A stretch of DNA of 64,000 nucleotides, taken from an uncultured Methanoregulaceae archaeon (GTDB lineage: Archaea > Halobacteriota > Methanomicrobia > Methanomicrobiales > Methanospirillaceae). This document shows positions 60,837 to 64,000 of this stretch, one piece after another. The stretch lies in NCBI GenBank assembly GCA_963737635.1, contig CAVTTL010000001.1, forward strand, positions 1,984,001-2,048,000, in the 5' to 3' direction. Numbering within the stretch: position 1 is the first letter of the stretch; each line of letters starts with the position of its first letter. The notes under the pieces were generated by a model, which saw only the letters and a list, made by a program, of their open reading frames with translations, had not been told where the DNA came from and did not search any database. The translations under genes and the position numbers were made by a program.

Positions 60837-62060
60837 TTACCTCCATGTCTTGACCGCAAGCACGATAGCGCCGGTCGTTGTCCGGTCAAGGGCGCAACGC
60901 TCTGCTTCTTCGAGCGTCTGGCAAACTGCATCGATTGCCACCGGAGACGACCCGTGGGTTTCATCAAACGAAGGCGGATCTCCTACCCAGATAAGTGTCC
61001 GGGGCCGGATGGTCCGGATTGCGTTTAGGATCTGGTCGTCTTTGAACCCTTCGCACACAGCACCGTCACCTTTGGCGGTACCGATCACAAGCGTGATCCC
61101 GGGAGAGCCTGCACAGGTACGGGCATACCGGGCGGCCTCGATGGTAGTCTCAGCCGTGGTCCCGCTGTTGGCATTGTCGATGACGAGAATGTTGTTGTGT
61201 TTCCTGACCGACATGCGCCCCGGAATACCGGCAAACGTACCCAGTGGGGCAGGATCAACCCCGAGCATGACAGCGGCTGTCCCGGCAAGGGCAAGAGGCA
61301 CCCGATACCCTGGTGTTGCAAGGAGCGGATTGGTAAATGTCCCGGACCGTCCGTCGACCGCGATGGTGCAGGTTGGCCCGGCGATAGACACAACGTCGTC
61401 CAGCTGCACCGTGTCCCTGTGCACACCGGATGGGATACCAGGAGCCACGAGAAGCCGCCGGCTTTTCTGTGCCGATACCAGTTTTTCGGTGATCGCACTT
61501 TTCTCCCCGGCAGCACACCGGTAATCGGATGGCGAGGTAATAATGGCAAGATCGCCAGCGCCGGTCACACCAAGGGACTCTTCAGCAACAAGCCAGCCCC
61601 GGATGGCACCTGCCTTTTCTGCCGCATCAAGCACCGAGGCCGGTGTAATGCTTTTTTTAAAAAGGAGCCGCTGCCCGGGCATCTCGTAGGTCCCGGTCGA
61701 GGTATGCAGGATACCAGGGCCGGGAAGGAGGTAAGCAAGTGCGTGTGCCGTAGTGGTCTTTCCTTGTGCGCCCGTGATTTCGATCATCGGGGAGGGTACG
61801 TGCCCGGCAAGCAGCCGTCTCACTGCTTCATGGTGAGAAATCACCGGTTTCGATTTAGTGCGTCCGGCAAGCAAAGGATGAGACGGGTCAAGATGGACCG
61901 GGGCCACAATAAGATCATAGGATGTTTTTGCAGCCCGGTCAGCCGCGTCGGGCGTCGTGCCCCGGTACACGTCCACAATATCAACGGTGTTGCCGGCCGT
62001 GGCAAACGCTTCACCAATCCTGCTGCCGCCATGGATCGTATCGAGTACCAGGATCCGCAT
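60837..62060 (-). CDS. cfbE: Coenzyme F430 synthase (Mur ligase-like)
   Basis: VLDTIHGG, APVHLDP, EITGAQGKTTT, SITPAS, EESLGVTG, DNANSG, VCEG. Confidence 0.93.
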   Translation of the reverse strand: MRILVLDTIHGGSRIGEAFATAGNTVDIVDVYRGTTPDAADRAAKTSYDLIVAPVHLDPSHPLLAGRTKSKPVISHHEAVRRLLAGHVPSPMIEITGAQGKTTTAHALAYLLPGPGILHTSTGTYEMPGQRLLFKKSITPASVLDAAEKAGAIRGWLVAEESLGVTGAGDLAIITSPSDYRCAAGEKSAITEKLVSAQKSRRLLVAPGIPSGVHRDTVQLDDVVSIAGPTCTIAVDGRSGTFTNPLLATPGYRVPLALAGTAAVMLGVDPAPLGTFAGIPGRMSVRKHNNILVIDNANSGTTAETTIEAARYARTCAGSPGITLVIGTAKGDGAVCEGFKDDQILNAIRTIRPRTLIWVGDPPSFDETHGSSPVAIDAVCQTLEEAERCALDRTTTGAIVLAVKTWR

Positions 62061-62067
62061 ATGCCGG

Positions 62068-62469
62068 TCAGATAAGCGCAAGTGCACGGTGGGCGTTTTT
62101 CACCATCAGCTCTGCAAGCAGCGGGTCGATCCCGATGGGGTCTGCGTACACGAGCGGAATGGTCTTCCCGTTAAGAGCAAACGTGCCTTTTTTCATGCCT
62201 TCGGAAAGGCCTATCTCTGAGGGAATGTCTTTTTCGATGTGGACGCCTTTTGCAAGAAAGAGCGGGACGACCACGAGCACATCGATATTTTCTTTCGAAA
62301 ACTCGGCAAGCGCATCCCTGATGGAGGGTTTATTGATGTTCATAAAACCGCATTTGACGACAAATTCTGAAGTCTGCGCTGCGATCAGTTTTCCTGTTGA
62401 TTCAATGAGCTCCTTGTTATAGGGCATGGTGCTGCCGTGGCCTACGAGTAACATTCCCTTGGTAACCAT
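62068..62469 (-). CDS. cfbA: Sirohydrochlorin nickelochelatase
   Basis: LVGHGS, VPLFLAKGVH..DIP, YADPIG; CbiXS-sized, first gene of the cfb cluster. Confidence 0.92.
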   Translation of the reverse strand: MVTKGMLLVGHGSTMPYNKELIESTGKLIAAQTSEFVVKCGFMNINKPSIRDALAEFSKENIDVLVVVPLFLAKGVHIEKDIPSEIGLSEGMKKGTFALNGKTIPLVYADPIGIDPLLAELMVKNAHRALALI

Positions 62470-62736
62470 GTATGCAACCTCAATGTGACTTTTTTATAGT
62501 TTTTTAGAAGGTTCGATGTTTTCTAAGACAGCGAACACGTGATGTATGACAAATTGGGCACTATCGTAATAATTTTTATCGTTTCGATCGCCATATTCGT
62601 GTTACTCGCGAGGAAAGACGCCTAAACTCGTGTCTACTTCTTTTCACGATAGTGCTGAAGAAATCCCATTCACGTACACTCATTTTCTCCCATAATCGAG
62701 CGTCACTGAAGGGGTAAAAAAAGAAAAAGGGAAACA

Positions 62737-63366
62737 TTAATACAGCGTCTGAACTGCAGTAAGTCCACCGGGGATCGTCCGTGTGATGGGGAGGTATGCT
62801 CCGACAGACGGTTGAAAATTAATCGAGATCTGTGTATTGGGAGTTGCGGTTGAAGGCAATCCCACCATAAGAATCATCTGAGCGTTGTTATCGAGCAGGG
62901 CGCCCGTTGTTATGTTATTAATTTTCTGTCCTATGCACCACGTCGTAGGAAGCGTTGTGGTGCTCGTATCGCCAGGACACTTTCCACCCGAATCTGTCCC
63001 TATGCCTCCATAGGTCAAATTAGACACGTGACCTCCGTTATTGTCGTTATAGGATACTACCAGTGAAGACAAGTCGATGGGGGTGCCACCTGCAGTGAGT
63101 GCCACGGTCACATTAACATAGTCAAGATGGTTACCAACGGTACCGCCAGTCATATCTGCAACACCGTAGGTGTTCCCATTTACTTCCATACTGGAACTTG
63201 CCTGGCTGACTCCGGTATGAACCGTTGACTGTGCAGTTTGGGAGGTAAAAAAACCGGCGCCAAGCACCACATACGAAAAAACGGCCGCGACAACAACAAA
63301 TGCAATCAACACAATCGCTGCTTCGAGACCGGTAAAACCTTCTTCGCATTTGTTATCATTGTACAT
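62737..63366 (-). CDS. arlB: Archaellin (archaeal flagellin)
   Basis: G/FTGLEAAIVLIAFVVVAAVFSYVVLGAGF class III signal and hydrophobic N-domain; C-terminal P..GA.L.ITRTIP. Confidence 0.93.
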   Translation of the reverse strand: MYNDNKCEEGFTGLEAAIVLIAFVVVAAVFSYVVLGAGFFTSQTAQSTVHTGVSQASSSMEVNGNTYGVADMTGGTVGNHLDYVNVTVALTAGGTPIDLSSLVVSYNDNNGGHVSNLTYGGIGTDSGGKCPGDTSTTTLPTTWCIGQKINNITTGALLDNNAQMILMVGLPSTATPNTQISINFQPSVGAYLPITRTIPGGLTAVQTLY

Positions 63367-63604
63367 AGTCTTTAATATCGAATTCAGACACCCTAATTCT
63401 TTGCATTATCAAAAACGAGATTGTAAAATCCTTTTTTCTTTCTGGAGCGCGATAGCACCAATTTTGCAATTGCTTTATAATCTTTAGGTTTGAGTGCGCT
63501 CAATTTCGCTTTGCGGGATCACGTTTATGCGGACCCCGGACTCCTGTGTCGTGTCAGATCCAAAGAATATTTCTGATGCAACTCTCAACTGATATGGACT
63601 CATA

Positions 63605-64000
63605 ATGGATGCATTCGAACGATTCGGCCTTGTCATCAACGACCGCGTAGTAAAGACTCCTCTTGCTATAGCATCCATGGCAGGGATTGTTGACGCCAGG
63701 TATATCCTTGAACGAAAGGATCATGTCGGGGTTGCTTTCATCGGCGGCTACGCTATTGACCGGCCCACAATAGACGCGGCGCAGGAGATGACCGCCGGCG
63801 GGGAACGCAAAGAATTCCTGTACGATGACCCGGTTGAAGCATTGCGTGCCGAGATCGCCCTACTCAAAAACTCATACGTAGTCGTCGGCATCAATCTCCG
63901 TGGCAGTTCACCTGCGGCATTTGAGGCCATCGCTGATGCTTTTGGCACCGAAGTCGTCTACGAGATCGACGCCCACTGCCGGGCAGGCCCCTATGGTTGC
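63605..64000 (+). CDS. MJ0144-like TIM-barrel protein (methanogenesis marker 9 / Dus-like), partial at window edge
   Basis: Manual translation MDAFERF..TPLAIASMAGIVD..FIGGYAID..GERKEF..GINLR..YEIDAHCR. Confidence 0.75.
   Translation, partial: MDAFERFGLVINDRVVKTPLAIASMAGIVDARYILERKDHVGVAFIGGYAIDRPTIDAAQEMTAGGERKEFLYDDPVEALRAEIALLKNSYVVVGINLRGSSPAAFEAIADAFGTEVVYEIDAHCRAGPYGC

Noticed and set aside
10426-62075. Long antisense or alternate-frame ORFs (e.g. 14143-15138, 42898-44178, 61197-62075)
   Set aside because: Shadow ORFs of GC-rich real genes, with no motifs of their own.
1-64000. CRISPR array, rRNA, or intact IS element
   Set aside because: No regularly spaced direct repeats, rRNA-like sequence or transposase ORF were seen.

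Overview
Archaeal chromosomal DNA from a methanogen, most likely Methanomicrobiales (Methanoregula-like; inferred from gene content and protein style, not from a search). It carries a complete ACDS/CODH-ACS operon (cooC x2, cdhABCDE, RACo-like ASKHA activator), the F430 genes cfbA/E/D/B, cofE, a thermosome, the psmB-aCPSF1 neighbourhood, two REC-PAS histidine kinases, tRNA-Leu(TAG), tRNA-Glu(TTC) and an archaellin. It also holds a redox/stress cluster (TrmB, SnoaL, CDGSH, two Rieske proteins, peroxiredoxin, AlkA, QueG-like) and a small accessory islet next to a truncated integrase. The most striking observation is a six-gene Ehr/Hyf-like complex-I-type operon (34376-41552). Its large subunit lacks the NiFe cysteines, its NuoB-like small subunit has all four canonical [4Fe-4S] ligands substituted, and no NuoI-like ferredoxin gene is present, yet the ion-translocating membrane subunits look intact. 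This suggests an apparently cofactor-free complex-I-like machine. About 20 single-base frameshifts hit otherwise intact, often essential genes. I read them as sequencing/consensus errors; they cluster at CCGG, GTAC and AGCT, which may be a footprint of DNA methylation. All calls are from motif recognition by eye; no database searches were run.
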